Below, piece after piece: positions 25,487 to 36,987 of a DNA stretch of 64,000 nucleotides. Made by a program: the position numbers and the translations under genes. The DNA comes from Octopus vulgaris (taxonomy: Eukaryota): NCBI GenBank assembly GCA_951406725.2, contig OX597837.1, positions 23,002,001-23,066,000 of the forward strand, in the 5' to 3' direction. Under the pieces are notes generated by a model that saw nothing but the letters and a program-made list of their open reading frames with translations, had not been told where the DNA came from and ran no database searches. Position 1 is the first letter of the stretch. Each line of letters starts with the position of its first letter.

Positions 25487-26060
25487 TTCTACAGCCATAT
25501 TCCTACCGCTCTATGTCACGCTGGTGAGACCCATATTGGAGTACGGGATTCAAGCCTCTTCTCCTTATCTCCTCAAAGACATACATCATCTCAAAAGAGT
25601 CCAGAAGCTGGCTACCCGCATGGTTCTTGGTCTCAAGCATTTGTCTTATGAAGAAAGGCTGAAGGCGCTCGACTTTTATTCTCTAGAAAAACGCTGCCGC
25701 CGTGGTGATCTCATTCTTGCTCACAACATCATAAGTGGAAAGTGTAACCTCTCGAAAGAGCTGTTCTTCACTCCTGCTCCAGAGCGTCGGCTGCGGGGGT
25801 CACTCTGAAAAGCTCTATCTGCGACGATTTCATCTCAATCGAAGGAGAGGGGCTTTCTCCGTCCGGGTTGCAGATACATGGAATAAGCTGCTGGATGAGA
25901 TAGTGAAGATGCTGACGACCGCTTGGTTCAAAGTCTCTCTGGACCAGAATGGCCTGAACTCTTTGCATGAACACCCTCCCTGTACATAACTCCATGTCCC
26001 CCTACATGGCCTTGCTTTTTGCTTTTTGAGCCAAAAAATTAACTTAACTTAACTTAACTT
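25487..26060 (+). mobile_element. CR1-clade LINE 3' fragment with (AACTT)n tail
   Basis: LYVTLVRPILEYG...RVQKLATRMV..LKHLSYEERL...RRGDLI...RLRGH..FSVRVADTWN, with a frameshift at ~25796. Inserted in a family E repeat. Confidence 0.9.
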
Positions 26061-26242
26061 ACACAACCCTCGTCTGTTTACAAGCAAGGAAATATTTTTC
26101 CATGCCCAGACATGTTTATTTTGCAGGATATTGGAACTGAATGACATCCATGGATGCGACATCAAGACAAAGTGACACAAAATGTCCTGTGAACAGCCTT
26201 TGGCATTTTCTATCCAGTAGGTCTTTTTAACCTAATATTTAT

Positions 26243-26503
26243 AGTGGTGCCACTGGCCTCTGTGCCGGTGGCACGTAAAAAGCACCATCCGATTGTGGCC
26301 GTTCGCCAGCCCCGTCTGGCATCTGTGCCGGTGGCATGTAAAAAGCACCCACTACACTCACGGAGTGGTTGGCGTTAGGAAGGGCATCTAGCCGTAGAAA
26401 CATTGCCAGATCAGACTGGGCCTGGTGCAGCCTTCTGGCTTCCCAGACCCCAGTTGAACTGTCCAACCCATGCTAGCATGGAAAGGGGATGCTAAATGAT
26501 GAT
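26243..26503 (+). mobile_element. Family E repeat
   Basis: gtgccggtggcacgtaaaaagcacc repeats, GGAAGGGCATC motif and gatgat tail. Confidence 0.8.
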
Positions 26504-26504
26504 T

Positions 26505-26870
26505 CTATTAAAGGCAGAAGGCCTGAAAACTAGTTGATTACATTGACCCCAGTATTTCACTGGTACTTAATTTATTGACCCTGAAAGGATGAAAAGCAAA
26601 GTTGACCTCAGTAGGATTTGAACTCAGAGGGTGAAACACCACTAAGCATTAACAATAATAATAATAATAATAATAATAGTTTCAAATTTTGCCACAAGGG
26701 CAGCAATTTTGCAGGGAGGGCATGAGTCGATTACATCGACCCCAGTGTTCAACTGGTACTTATTTTATCAGCCCTGAAAGGATGAAAGGCAAAGTTGACC
26801 TTGGCAGAATTTGAACTCAGAATGTAGTGATGAGCAAAATACTGCTAAGCATTAATAATAATAATAACAG
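26505..26870 (-). mobile_element. Two family B SINE fragments with (AAT)n spacers
   Basis: Reverse-complement family B bodies. Confidence 0.75.
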
Positions 26871-27139
26871 TGCTGTCATGATAAAGTCTGTTTGCATCTT
26901 CATTAGTTTTTATGTTGTAAATACCAATATGAAGAAAGAAAGAATTGGTATAAGCATGTGCACAGTAAAGGAATATAGGAGAATGGGAAAGCAAAGATAT
27001 TCTGGGATTATGGCTTTCTTATAGAGTAAATGAGCATTGCCTACCAGACATAGGCATATTGAATAAGAGACTAATACAGTCAGATCACTGAAAAAAAAAA
27101 TCAAATAACAATAATAATAATAATAAAAAAACTACATAC

Positions 27140-27221
27140 CTCATTTATTAGAAATAAAATTTGTATCACAGCCGCTTCTTCTGGGTGGCAGCAATGGCAG
27201 TCTACTCCTGGTCTTCCAAAT
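27140..27221 (-). CDS. STXBP5: Tomosyn internal coding exon preceding the 111-211 exon
   Basis: Minus strand reads ...aaccttaactcagtacatag|ATTTGGAAGACCA...ATAAATGAG|gtatgt, 82 nt, phase 2 to phase 0. It translates to xFGRPGVDCHCCHPEEAAVIQILFLINE versus recalled human LFGRPGVECYCQHDSGAAVIQLQFLINE. The junction INE|GAL is contiguous in tomosyn. Confidence 0.93.
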
Positions 27222-27241
27222 CTATGTACTGAGTTAAGGTT
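27222..27241 (-). promoter_or_regulatory. U12-type branch point and 3' splice site
   Basis: CCTTAAC (27239-27233, minus strand) with the branch A 13 nt upstream of the exon. There is no polypyrimidine tract before the TAG. Confidence 0.7.
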
Positions 27242-27510
27242 CTAACCGAATATTTGAAACAATTCAACAATTCATACAGATTCATAAAAAAATAATAAAA
27301 TGTATTAAAAAATCATTAAAATCAAAAACTTATGAAAAACGTTTCAATATAGAGACAGGTATGGCTGTGTGATAAGAAGCCTGCTGCCCAACTACATGGA
27401 TCCAGGTTCAGTTCCACTGCGTGGCATCTTCAGCAAGTGTTTTCTATTATAGTCTCAGGCAGACCAAAGCCTTTGAGTGGACTTGGTAGACAGAAACTGA
27501 AAGAAGCTTG

Positions 27511-27554
<44 letters not shown>

Positions 27555-27555
<1 letters not shown>

Positions 27556-27773
27556 ACGGGAAGGTTTATGAAAATAAACAAAAGACGAAGGCAGGTTTAT
27601 GAAAATAAACAAAAGACGAAGGCAGGTGCAGTACAAACAAACAATGTATTAGTATGGCACTCAGGAATAGAAATAAAACAAGTCTTTTACGTTTCGAGCC
27701 TACGCTCTTCGACAGAAAGATACACAGAAAAGAAACAAGGAGAGAAAAAAATTGCGTGTAGGGGCTAACGATC
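27555..27773 (-). mobile_element. Hammerhead-bearing pLTR-like element (family H1) inserted at (TA)n inside an old family A SINE (27353-27995)
   Basis: Copies at 31395-31612 and 36091-36194 (truncated). Internal ~31-bp tandem duplication at 27563-27627. Confidence 0.75.
27683..27720 (-). ncRNA. Minimal hammerhead-like motif (core CUGUCGA)
   Basis: Minus strand: TCTTT-CTGTCGA-A-GAGC-GTAG-GCTC-GAAA-CGT-A-AAAGA. Helices I and II pair perfectly; helix III is the palindrome ACGT. Confidence 0.65.
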
Positions 27774-28063
27774 CAATACACATACATATGTGTGTGTGTG
27801 TCCCACCACCACTTGACAACCAGTATTGGTTTGTTTATGCCCTCATAACTTAGCAGTTCAGGAGAAAGAGACTGATAAAATGACAGGTTTAAAAAAGGAA
27901 GTACTGGGGTTGATACATTCGACTGAAAGTTCTTCAAGGCAGTACTCCAAGATGGCTGCAATCTATTGACGGAAACGGATAAAAAGATATAAGATAAGGC
28001 ACTAGTGAAAGAATCACCCTTTTTTTTCTTTTTTGTGATGGCTCCTATCAAATCTGCATTTAA

Positions 28064-28804
28064 CCCTTTAGATTACTCTGTCAAATGTAATGCTTGTTAT
28101 TCTCATTGTTTTCAGGCGCAGGAGTGGCTGTGTGGTAAGTAGCTTGTTTACCAACCACATGGTTCTGCGTGGCACCTTGGGCAAGTGTCTTCTACTATAG
28201 CCTCGGGCCGACCAAAGCCTTGTGAGTGGATTTGGTAGACGGAAACTGAAAGAAGCCTGTCGTATATATGTATATATTTGTGTGTGTGTGTTTGTCCCCC
28301 TAGCATTGCTTGACAACCGATGCTGGTGTGTTTACGTCTCCGTCACTTAGCAGTTCGGCAAAAGAGACCAATAGAATAAGTACTGGGCTTACAAAGAATA
28401 AGTTGATTTGCTCGACTAAAGGCGGTGCTCCAGCATGGCCACAGTCAAATGACTGAAACAAGTAAAAGAGTAAAAGAGTAAAGAGTAAGAGTATCTTGTA
28501 GCTTTGAGATTTCAATGTTGTGAGTATCTTATTTTTAGAATGACATTGTAGGGTGGATGTGAGAGGCTGGATCTGGTTGTTTTGACCATAAAGCATAAAA
28601 TATTTTGGCTGGATATTCAGATTTCTTGGTCAAATTTATTGCTTATTTATTCTTGTTGTTTTGAATTTGTCATGCATTGTCTCATAACTTCAGGATTTCA
28701 ACAGTGACACTAAAGAGCAGGTGTGAAGGGATGAGTCTGGCCAGTTTGAAGATGTAACAGGAAGAAATCTTTGGTCAGATATGGTCGATTTAAATGCCAA
28801 AGGG
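28064..28804. mobile_element. Two tandem copies of TTAA MITE family 2, the first interrupted by a SINE
   Basis: TTAA-CCCTTTAG start and AAATGCCAAAGGG end. Body shared with 40200-40426, 45233-46056 and 58555-59186. Confidence 0.7.
28115..28490 (+). mobile_element. SINE family A
   Basis: Young copy with small deletions. Confidence 0.9.
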
Positions 28805-28834
28805 TCAAATCACAGGTATAATTAGTCAGGTATA

Positions 28835-29065
28835 AGGCAGCGAGCTGGCAGAAACGTTAGCACGCCGAGCGAAATGCTTTGCGGTATTTTGTCTGCCGTT
28901 ACGTTGTGAGTTCGAATTCTGCCGAGGTCGACTTTGCCTTTAATCCTTTCGGGGTCGATAAATTAAGTACCAGTTACGCACTGGGGTCGATATAATCGAC
29001 TTAATCCGTTTGTCTGTCCTTGTTTGTCCCCTCTGTGTTTAGCCCCTTGTGGGTAGTAAAGAAAT
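28835..29065 (+). mobile_element. SINE family B
   Basis: Full-length, young copy. Confidence 0.9.
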
Positions 29066-29267
29066 ATATATATATACTCCTCCCTGGATGCCTGTCCATT
29101 GCAGGATTACTCATTTTAAGCAGCTGAGTGGAGTGTTTTGCTCAAGAACACAATGCGTTGCCCAGTCCAAGAATCAAAACCACAATCATACAATCATGAG
29201 TCCAACACCCTAACCATTAAGCCATATGCTTCCAGCACATGTATACTTACAAAAATATCTCTGCATA

Positions 29268-29678
29268 GGCGCAGGAGTGGCTGTGTGGTAAGTAGCTTGT
29301 TTACCAACCACATGGTTCCGGGTTCAGTCCCACTGCATGGCATCTTGGGCAAGTGTCTTCTGCTATAGCCCCGGGCCGACCAATGCCTTGTGAGTGGATT
29401 TGGTAGACAGAAACTGAAAGAAGCCCATCGTATATATGTATATATATATGTATGTGTGTGTGTGTGTTTGTGTGTCTGTGTTTGTCCCCCTAGCATTGCT
29501 TGACAATCGATGCTGGTGTGTTTACGTCCCCATCACTTTGCGGTTCAGCAAAAGAGACCGATAGAATAAGTACTGGGCTTACAAAAGAATAAGTCCCGGG
29601 GTCGATTTGCTCCAACTAAAGGCGGTGCTCAAGCATGGCCGCAGTCAAATGACTGAAACAAGTAAAAGAGTAAAAGAG
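29268..29678 (+). mobile_element. SINE family A
   Basis: Full-length, young copy. Confidence 0.9.
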
Positions 29679-30180
29679 GGTATATTGATTAATGGTAGTC
29701 CCTTGAGTCTGAGAAAGACAGTTCTGCAATTTCTAGCTGAACAAACTCTACAGATGATTTGTTAATAGTGATCAATTGCTTGTGCTACACATCAGCTTGC
29801 TCGCTCTCTCCATCAAATCAACATTGCCTGTACGAGTCTATGGTGTGCTGTATGGCAGATGTTGAAATGATCACAAAGCAACATGATATTAAGTGTTTTG
29901 CTCAAGAACACATCACCTGGTCTGAGAATCAAACCCACAATCTCACAATCATGAGTGCAACACCCTTACAATAAGGCCATGCACCCTCACACTTCATACA
30001 TACCATCTTCCACCGCTTCTAACACCGATGGTGCTTATGTAGACAAAATTTTTTTACACCATGACACAGAAGACTAACTAAAAGCCATTAACTTCTACAT
30101 GATTCCCAAATACATTAACCCTGTCATGCTTTATTCCTGTTATAGTGAAAATAGATTAAACATCATCTCTGCTGGATTCC

Positions 30181-30520
30181 TGAGGAACATGGCTCAGTGG
30201 TTAGAGTGTCGGGTTCAAAATAATGACGTAGTGAGTTTGGTTCATGGACCGGGCAGTGTGTTGTGTTCTTGAGCAAGACACTTTATTTCACATTGTTTGA
30301 GTTTATGCAGCTGTAGGAATGAGATGTGATGTCACTAGTGCCAAGATGTATCAACCTTTGCTTCATGCCTTGGATAACATTGGTGGCATGGAGAGGGGAG
30401 GCTCGTATGTATGGGTAACTGCTGGTCTTCCATAAAATACCTTGCCCAGACTTGTGCCTCAGAGGGGAACTTTCTAGGTGCAATTCCATGGTCATTCATG
30501 ATCAAAGGGGATCTTTACTC
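30181..30520 (+). mobile_element. SINE family D
   Basis: tRNA-like head TGGCTCAGTGGTTAGAG and ttgagcaagacactt core. Confidence 0.78.
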
Positions 30521-31351
30521 TGTTAGATTCCTGGTAAAATGATCAGGGACAATACACTTAGAAAAATTAGATGCAGCAGATTCTGTCCATTATTTGGCCT
30601 GCAAATATACTTGTGCTGTATATGCAACTTTTTACTTTTTTGCTCAGGAGCCCAGTTAGAAGGTAAAGTTAGACAGAGGGACCCAGATCTGAGAGGGTTC
30701 ATTTGAAAATTTTTAAGGAAGGCTTTTAAGACCCACCTGTTATTAACCCCTACAAAATATAACAGTTCTGTAACTCAATTAAGTTTGACCATCACAGAAA
30801 CTCATCTCATCACTATCATTTAATGTCCACTTTCCCATGCTTGCACAGATCACCCTGTGTTAGGCAAAAATATAATCAATTCATGTAACATGAAGGGTTT
30901 TGATGTTTCTCTATGTTGAAATTAGCGACACCTAGCTTTATTGACCTGTTACTATCAGTAAAAAGAAAGCCTTGTCACTAAACCACACACACACAAATGC
31001 ACAGAGGTTGTATTTCTCTTAATTTCATCACATTATTAGTAGTAGTAGGAATATTTTTTTTTAAATAGGTTAAATAATTATGTTCTTATACAACGATAAT
31101 TTTTTTTTAACAGACTTATTCCATAAAAGATCGTGTATTTTCATTTCATTAATCAAGAAAGGGTAAAAATAAAGTCAACCACAGAAATATGAAACAGCAA
31201 ATGAAACGGGGAATCAGTTGTACACTTATGTCTCCCTTCAGGTCACCTACTACTTCTGATGTAAACTGAGGGGGTTTTATTTTGGAATAATGAACATATT
31301 CATAACATTAGCTACCATGTCAAAACTTTTACTTATATATATCACATTAGT

Positions 31352-31394
<43 letters not shown>

Positions 31395-31396
<2 letters not shown>

Positions 31397-31612
31397 CGGG
31401 AAGCTTTATGAAAATAAACAAAAGACGAAGGCAGGTGGAGTACAAACAAACAATTGTATTAGTATGGCGCTCAGGAATAGAAATAAAACAAGTCTTTTAC
31501 GTTTCGAGCCTACGCTCTTCAACAGAAAGATACACAGAAAAGAAACACGGAGAGAAACAAGGAGAGAAACAAGGAGAGCAAAAAAATGTGTGCAGAAGCT
31601 AGCGAATCAACA
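31395..31612 (-). mobile_element. Family H1 hammerhead-bearing element at (TA)n
   Basis: Near identical to 27555-27773. Hammerhead fold at 31493-31530 with core CTGTTGA. Confidence 0.75.
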
Positions 31613-31654
31613 TGGGGATCTATATATATATATATTTATTTATTTATTTGTTTT

Positions 31655-31893
31655 GACACGTAAAAAGCATCGTTTGAGCATGGTTTGATGCCGCCTGACT
31701 GGCTCCCATGCCGGTGGCAAGTAAAAAGCACCTACTACACTCTAGGAATGGTTGGCGTTAGGAAGGGCATCCAGCTGTAGAAACCTTGCCAATCAGATTG
31801 GGGCCTGGTGCAGCCTCCTGGCTTGCCAGTCCTTAGTCAAACCATCCACCCATGCCAGCATGGAAAGCAGATGCTAAATAATGATGATGATGA
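31655..31893 (+). mobile_element. Family E repeat
   Basis: GGAAGGGCATCCAGCTGTAGAAA motif and (GAT)n tail. Confidence 0.8.
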
Positions 31894-32309
31894 TGGTGGT
31901 GGTGTGTGTATGTATGTATATATATATATCTTTTTTCTTTTACTTGTTTCAGTCATGTGATTATAAATTGTCATTGCAATTTGAAAAATTCAGGAAAAAA
32001 GAAAGGGCAACTTAGCAGGTTGCATGCAACCAATGGAGCCCACAAGGAAGTATTCTGATGTTTCTAATAAAACTTTATTTGTTTGCCTATGTTTTCTAAT
32101 AAACTCTACTGAGTTAACCTAATTTTTTTTCTGAGCTTGTCAAATTGCAAAGGTGATCTATGGATATCCTCTATGTGTGTGCATGTCTGTATATATAAAT
32201 AATGTCAATGGATCATATCTCTGTAAAAGAAGCATACACTAAAACTTTGAGCAGTAAGACTAAGCACTTTATTAACTTCCTGTAAATATATATATATATA
32301 TATATATAT

Positions 32310-32736
32310 AGGAGTGGCTGTGTGGTAAGTAGCTTGTTAGGATGCAGGAGTGGCTGTGTGGTAAGTAGCTTGCTTACCAACCACATGGTTCCAGGTTCAT
32401 TTCCATTGCGTGGCATCTTGGGCAAGTATCTTCTACTATAGCCTCAGGCCGACCAAAGCCTTGTGAGTGGATTTGGTAGACGGAAACTGAAAGAAGTCCA
32501 TCGTATATATGTATGTATGTGTGTGCATATATTTGTGTATCTGTATTTGGCTCCCCAATGTCGTTTGACAACCGATGGTGGTGTATTTACGTCCCCGTAA
32601 CTTAGTGGTTCAGCAAAAGTGCCCAACAGAATAAGTACTAGGCTCCCAAAGAATAAGTCCTGGGGTCAATTTGCTCAACTAAAGGCAGTGCTCCAGCATG
32701 GCCACAGTCAAATGACTGAAACAAGTAAAAGATAAA

Positions 32737-32740
<4 letters not shown>
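32310..32740 (+). mobile_element. SINE family A with duplicated 5' head
   Basis: aggagtggctgtgtggtaagtagcttg occurs at 32310 and again at 32346. Confidence 0.88.
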
Positions 32741-32783
<43 letters not shown>

Positions 32784-34278
32784 CACACATATAATTAGAG
32801 AGAGAGCCAAGCATTTGGTTTTCCATAACCAGATGTGTCCATCTATAGCTGATTCACTCAAAGGAATCTGGGGAAAGAAAATGGAAGCTGTGATAGTGAA
32901 CCAACATTAATGATGTAAATCAGTGGTTCTCAACTGGGGTCCATATGGCCCTTGGGTGTCCATATAAGATTTTGTTGTTAGAATTTATCTGCAATAAATT
33001 GGTTATTCTTCTACAATGCATAGAATATTTTAATTTTTTTTAAATACAGTTCCTAATAATATTTAATTATATAAAACATAAAAGGAATTTTAAACATCAA
33101 ATAGCTAGGAGGGTCCACTTGAGTAAAATAGGAATGAGAAGGGTCACATTGTCAAAGAACACACACACCAATTGTGGTTCACTTCAGTTTTAGTTACACA
33201 GTCAGAAATTTTTTATTACTCAACTGTAACCTTTTCAATGATTTCAAATTCTCCACCTAAGTTACTTTTGTATATTATGTTGCCAATTATGTGATGTGTT
33301 GTCATGTTATTACTTCATTATTTTATAATTCTACATAAGAACTTTGTATTAAGTTATGGTCCTAACACCATTTCAGTGATAAAGGTCATTTTACTAAAAA
33401 ACATCCACATTCTTGATAATTTTAAATTTATTTTAAAATACAGAAGTTCATAAGAAATATGGTCACAATAATTAAATAATTAGATCAATAAATAAAAGGA
33501 CAAGACTAAAGAATCTATTTACTTAAAGGGACATAGTATTTCTAAGTGACTGCCGAGTGCGGTAACATCACTCTAAGGTAATTGCAACAAATATCTAAAT
33601 ACTAAACACTTTATCTGGCAATTCACCGACATATCTGTATACAATATATATCAGCTTCGTATTTGTGTGTGTATATGGAACAGATTACAACTAATTAGAA
33701 TATACTTTTATTGTTTCAGACATACAAAAAAAAACATTAACCAAAGCATATACCATAATGACTGGGCTAGGCTACGCTGACATTTTTAGGTAAATCAATT
33801 GTTTTCGGATAATCCATAGCTCTTATTTCATAATCTAAATCTATGAAGCTGATACCAAGACATTTAAAAACAAAAAAAAATGCAACAAAACAAACAAACA
33901 AAAAACAACAAGGTTATTGGTGAAACAGAAGACCTAAATGCAAACTAGAATATAAACTACTTATAAGAAATTGTCGAGAACTAATTATCCTCGGTCATGG
34001 CCACATGGTTTATTTCTATTATGGCCAATAGTAATGTGAGTTGATGTAGATAGATGCTGCAACAGCACACTTCAACTTGAAACATCATTCATAGCCAAAC
34101 AACAGAAAACACTGTTCACAGTTATCCGAATATATAACATTGTATAAATAATGCTAAATAATACATACCCACACACACACACACAATGAGTGAGAGTGTG
34201 TGTGCTGGTGTTATTTATGCCATATAATATTTGGATCATAGATATTTATATATATAAATGTGTGCGTGTGTATATAAA

Positions 34279-34322
<44 letters not shown>

Positions 34323-34339
34323 TATATATAAATAAGGCG

Positions 34340-34565
34340 AGCGAGCTGGCAGAAACGTTAGCACACCGGGTGAAATGCGTAGCCGTATTTCATCTGCCGT
34401 TACGTTCCGAGTTCAAATTCCGCCGAGGTCGACTTTGCCTTTCATCCTTTCGGGGTCAATAACTTAAGTACCAGTTACGCACTAGGGTCGATGTAATCGA
34501 CTTAATCCCTTTGTCTGTCCTTGTTTGTCCCCTCTGTGTTTAGCCCCTTGTGGGTAGTAAAGAAA
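34340..34565 (+). mobile_element. SINE family B
   Basis: Full-length copy flanked by (TA)n. Confidence 0.9.
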
Positions 34566-34585
34566 TATATATATATATGTGTGTG

Positions 34586-34901
34586 TGGAGGCGCAATGGC
34601 CCAGTGGTTAGGGCAGCGGACTCGCAGTCATAGGATCGCGGTTTTGATTCCCAGATCGGGCATTGTGAGTGTTTATTGAGTGAAAACACCTAAAGCTCCA
34701 CGAGGCTCTGGTAGGGGGGTGGGGGTGGCGATCTCTGCTGTACTCTTTCACCACAACTTTCTCTCACTCTTTCTTCTGTTGGCCTGCTCACTTAGCCAGC
34801 GGGGTGGCGTCATTTGAAGGCTAAAACAATGTGAAGCGCATTGTGACCAGCGATGTGTAGCAACATCTGATAGCCTGGTCGGTCATGGTGATCACGGTGA
34901 T
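34586..34901 (+). mobile_element. SINE family C
   Basis: tRNA-like head and tail ggtgatcacggtgat. Confidence 0.88.
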
Positions 34902-35077
34902 ATATATATATATATATACACATTTATATATATGTATATATAATAGGTTCAAAAACATATATTAAATACAGAAAGAAACAGAAAATAGACACAGAGGGTC
35001 ACAAAATCCTGATCAGTTATTGGCCAGAGGGTCAAACACAATTTTGCGCCTTCAATGAAATAGGTAGACAGACAGAT

Positions 35078-35230
35078 AGATGAGCATCCGTCGGTCTCGA
35101 AAGACCACGAATGTGTGCCTGGAGGATTTTGTGTCAGCTGCTGATGGTAGTGTAGCATATGCTGTAGCTGTATAGGACCACACGAGAAAGGCAGTATGGC
35201 ATGCAGTGACTACATTTGAAGAACACCCTG
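35078..35230 (-). mobile_element. RTE LINE 3' terminal fragment (C-terminal Zn-finger remnant)
   Basis: FKCSHCMPYCLSRVVLYSY..TTISS*, homologous to the end of 45263-45885. Confidence 0.65.
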
Positions 35231-35249
35231 TGTATGTGTGTACATACAT

Positions 35250-35638
35250 ACATCATCATCATCGTTTAACATCCGTTTTCTGCGCTAGCACGGGTTGGAC
35301 GGTTCGACTGGGGTCTGGAAAGCCAGGAGGCTGCACCAGGCTCCAGTCTGATTTGGCAGTGTTTCTACAGCTGGATGCCCTTCCTAATGCCAACCACTCT
35401 GCGAGTGTAGTGGGTGCTTTTTACGTGCCACCGGCACAGGTGCCAGGGGAGTCTGGCAGTGGCCACGATCGGTTGGTGCTTTTAACGTGCCACCGGTATG
35501 GAAGCCAGTCAAGGCGGCACTGGCATCGGCCACGTTTGGATGGTGCTTTTTACGTGCCACCGGCACAGAAGCCAGTCGAGGTGGTGCTAGCATCGGCCAT
35601 GTTCGGATGGCGCTTTTTATGTGCCACCGGCACAGGTA
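35250..35638 (-). mobile_element. Family E repeat with internal gtgccaccggcac repeats
   Basis: Reverse complement of the 26243-26503 type. Source of the 178-aa ORF. Confidence 0.82.
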
Positions 35639-35826
35639 TATATGCAAACACACAGAGGGTGTTTGAGCAACGTTCGCCAATATTTTTAAGTCTCCTTTTG
35701 CAAGAACAGCTTGATGTATTGGCCAAGAGCTTTATACTATAACTCTGTAACTCTGGCACCAACCAATGGCTTGTAAGTGAATTTGATAGACAGAAACTCT
35801 GTTGAAGTTTGGCACACACATATATA

Positions 35827-36077
35827 CAGGGGGTGGTCAAAAGCAGGTATACAGTAAGTATCACATCGGTGCTGTAATATTTAATTCATTAAAATGATTA
35901 GCACATTAAATTAGTTAGCCTCATTTTTGATATTTTCAGGGTCACTAATCATAATAATACATCTATTATAACTATAATAATATTTTATCGCAAGTTTTAA
36001 TTTTTTGATAAAAATAAACGAGTATTGTATGTGTTTTCTTTTTCGTAACTATATACTTACTTTTGTACCACCATATG
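35827..36077. mobile_element. Tc1/mariner-type MITE
   Basis: TA-flanked imperfect TIRs CAGGGGGTGGTCAAAAGCAGGTATACAGT / ACTATATACTTACTTTTGTACCACCATATG. Confidence 0.65.
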
Positions 36078-36188
36078 TATATATATATATAACGGGAAGG
36101 TTTACGAAAATAAACAAAAGACGAAGGCAGGTGGAGTACAAACAAACAAATGTATTAGTATGGCGCTCGGGAATAGAAATAGAACAAG

Positions 36189-36232
<44 letters not shown>

Positions 36233-36237
<5 letters not shown>

Positions 36238-36444
36238 ATCCAAACAAGAAAACACAGAAAAAACACACCAACGCGAGGACGTGGAACAATTAAAGTATTA
36301 TTTGACGCTCAGGAAAGAAGGGAAGGAGGGTTTAACGTTTCGAGCGGAGCTCTTCGTCGGAAACAAGGAGAAGGAAAGATCCCAAGAAGGGAAGACAGAG
36401 GAAAAAATATTTTTGCTGGTGGTGCTCAAGAGATCACATGTTGA
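36233..36444 (-). mobile_element. Hammerhead-bearing pLTR-like element (family H2) in (TA)n
   Basis: Homologous to 57672-57884. Confidence 0.75.
36330..36364 (-). ncRNA. Minimal hammerhead-like motif (core CCGACGA)
   Basis: Minus strand: GTTT-CCGACGA-A-GAGC-TCC-GCTC-GAAA-CGT-T-AAAC. Confidence 0.65.
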
Positions 36445-36445
36445 A

Positions 36446-36485
<40 letters not shown>

Positions 36486-36987
36486 TATACATGACACTTT
36501 AATTCATGTTGTTCCAGTTCACTCAGCTGTAGAAATGAGTTGTGATGTCATTAGTGCCAAAGTGTATTGGCCTTTGCCTTTCCCTTGGATTACATCAGTG
36601 GTGAGGAGAGGGGAGGCTGGTATGCATGGATGACTGTTGGTCTTCCATAAACAACCTTGCCAGGACTTGTGCCTTGGAGGGGAACTTTCCTGGTGCAATC
36701 CCATGGTCATTCATGATGGAAGAGGGTCTTTACCATTACCCTATAAATTCATGCACACACTTGTATGAATGTGTGTGAGAAACTGTATTTGTTCCCTCTT
36801 GCTACAACTTGACAACTGGTGCTGGTTTGTTTAAGATGTCATAACTTAGTGGTTCAGCAAATGAGACCAACAAAATAACAGGCTTAAAAGAAGAAAAAAT
36901 AAGTACTAGAGTGATTTGTTCCACTAAACCCTTCAAGACAGTGCTCCAGCATGGTTGTAGTCCAATGACTGAAACAAGGTATATATA

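Larger units (their letters stand above)
212..27139 (-). other. STXBP5: Tomosyn intron, phase 0, U2-type GT-AG, ~26.9 kb
   Basis: Donor GAG|gtatgt at 27139 and acceptor tttcag| at 212. The flanking exons join in frame with no missing tomosyn residues. Confidence 0.85.

Noticed and set aside
27222-27241. Longer 102-nt version of the exon using the upstream TTAG acceptor (NLNSVHR...)
   Set aside because: The extra residues do not match tomosyn, the extension contains the U12 branch motif, and 20 extra nt would change the expected phase-2 entry.
34586-34660. tRNA gene
   Set aside because: tRNA-like head continuous with a multi-copy SINE body. No acceptor stem closure or poly-T terminator.
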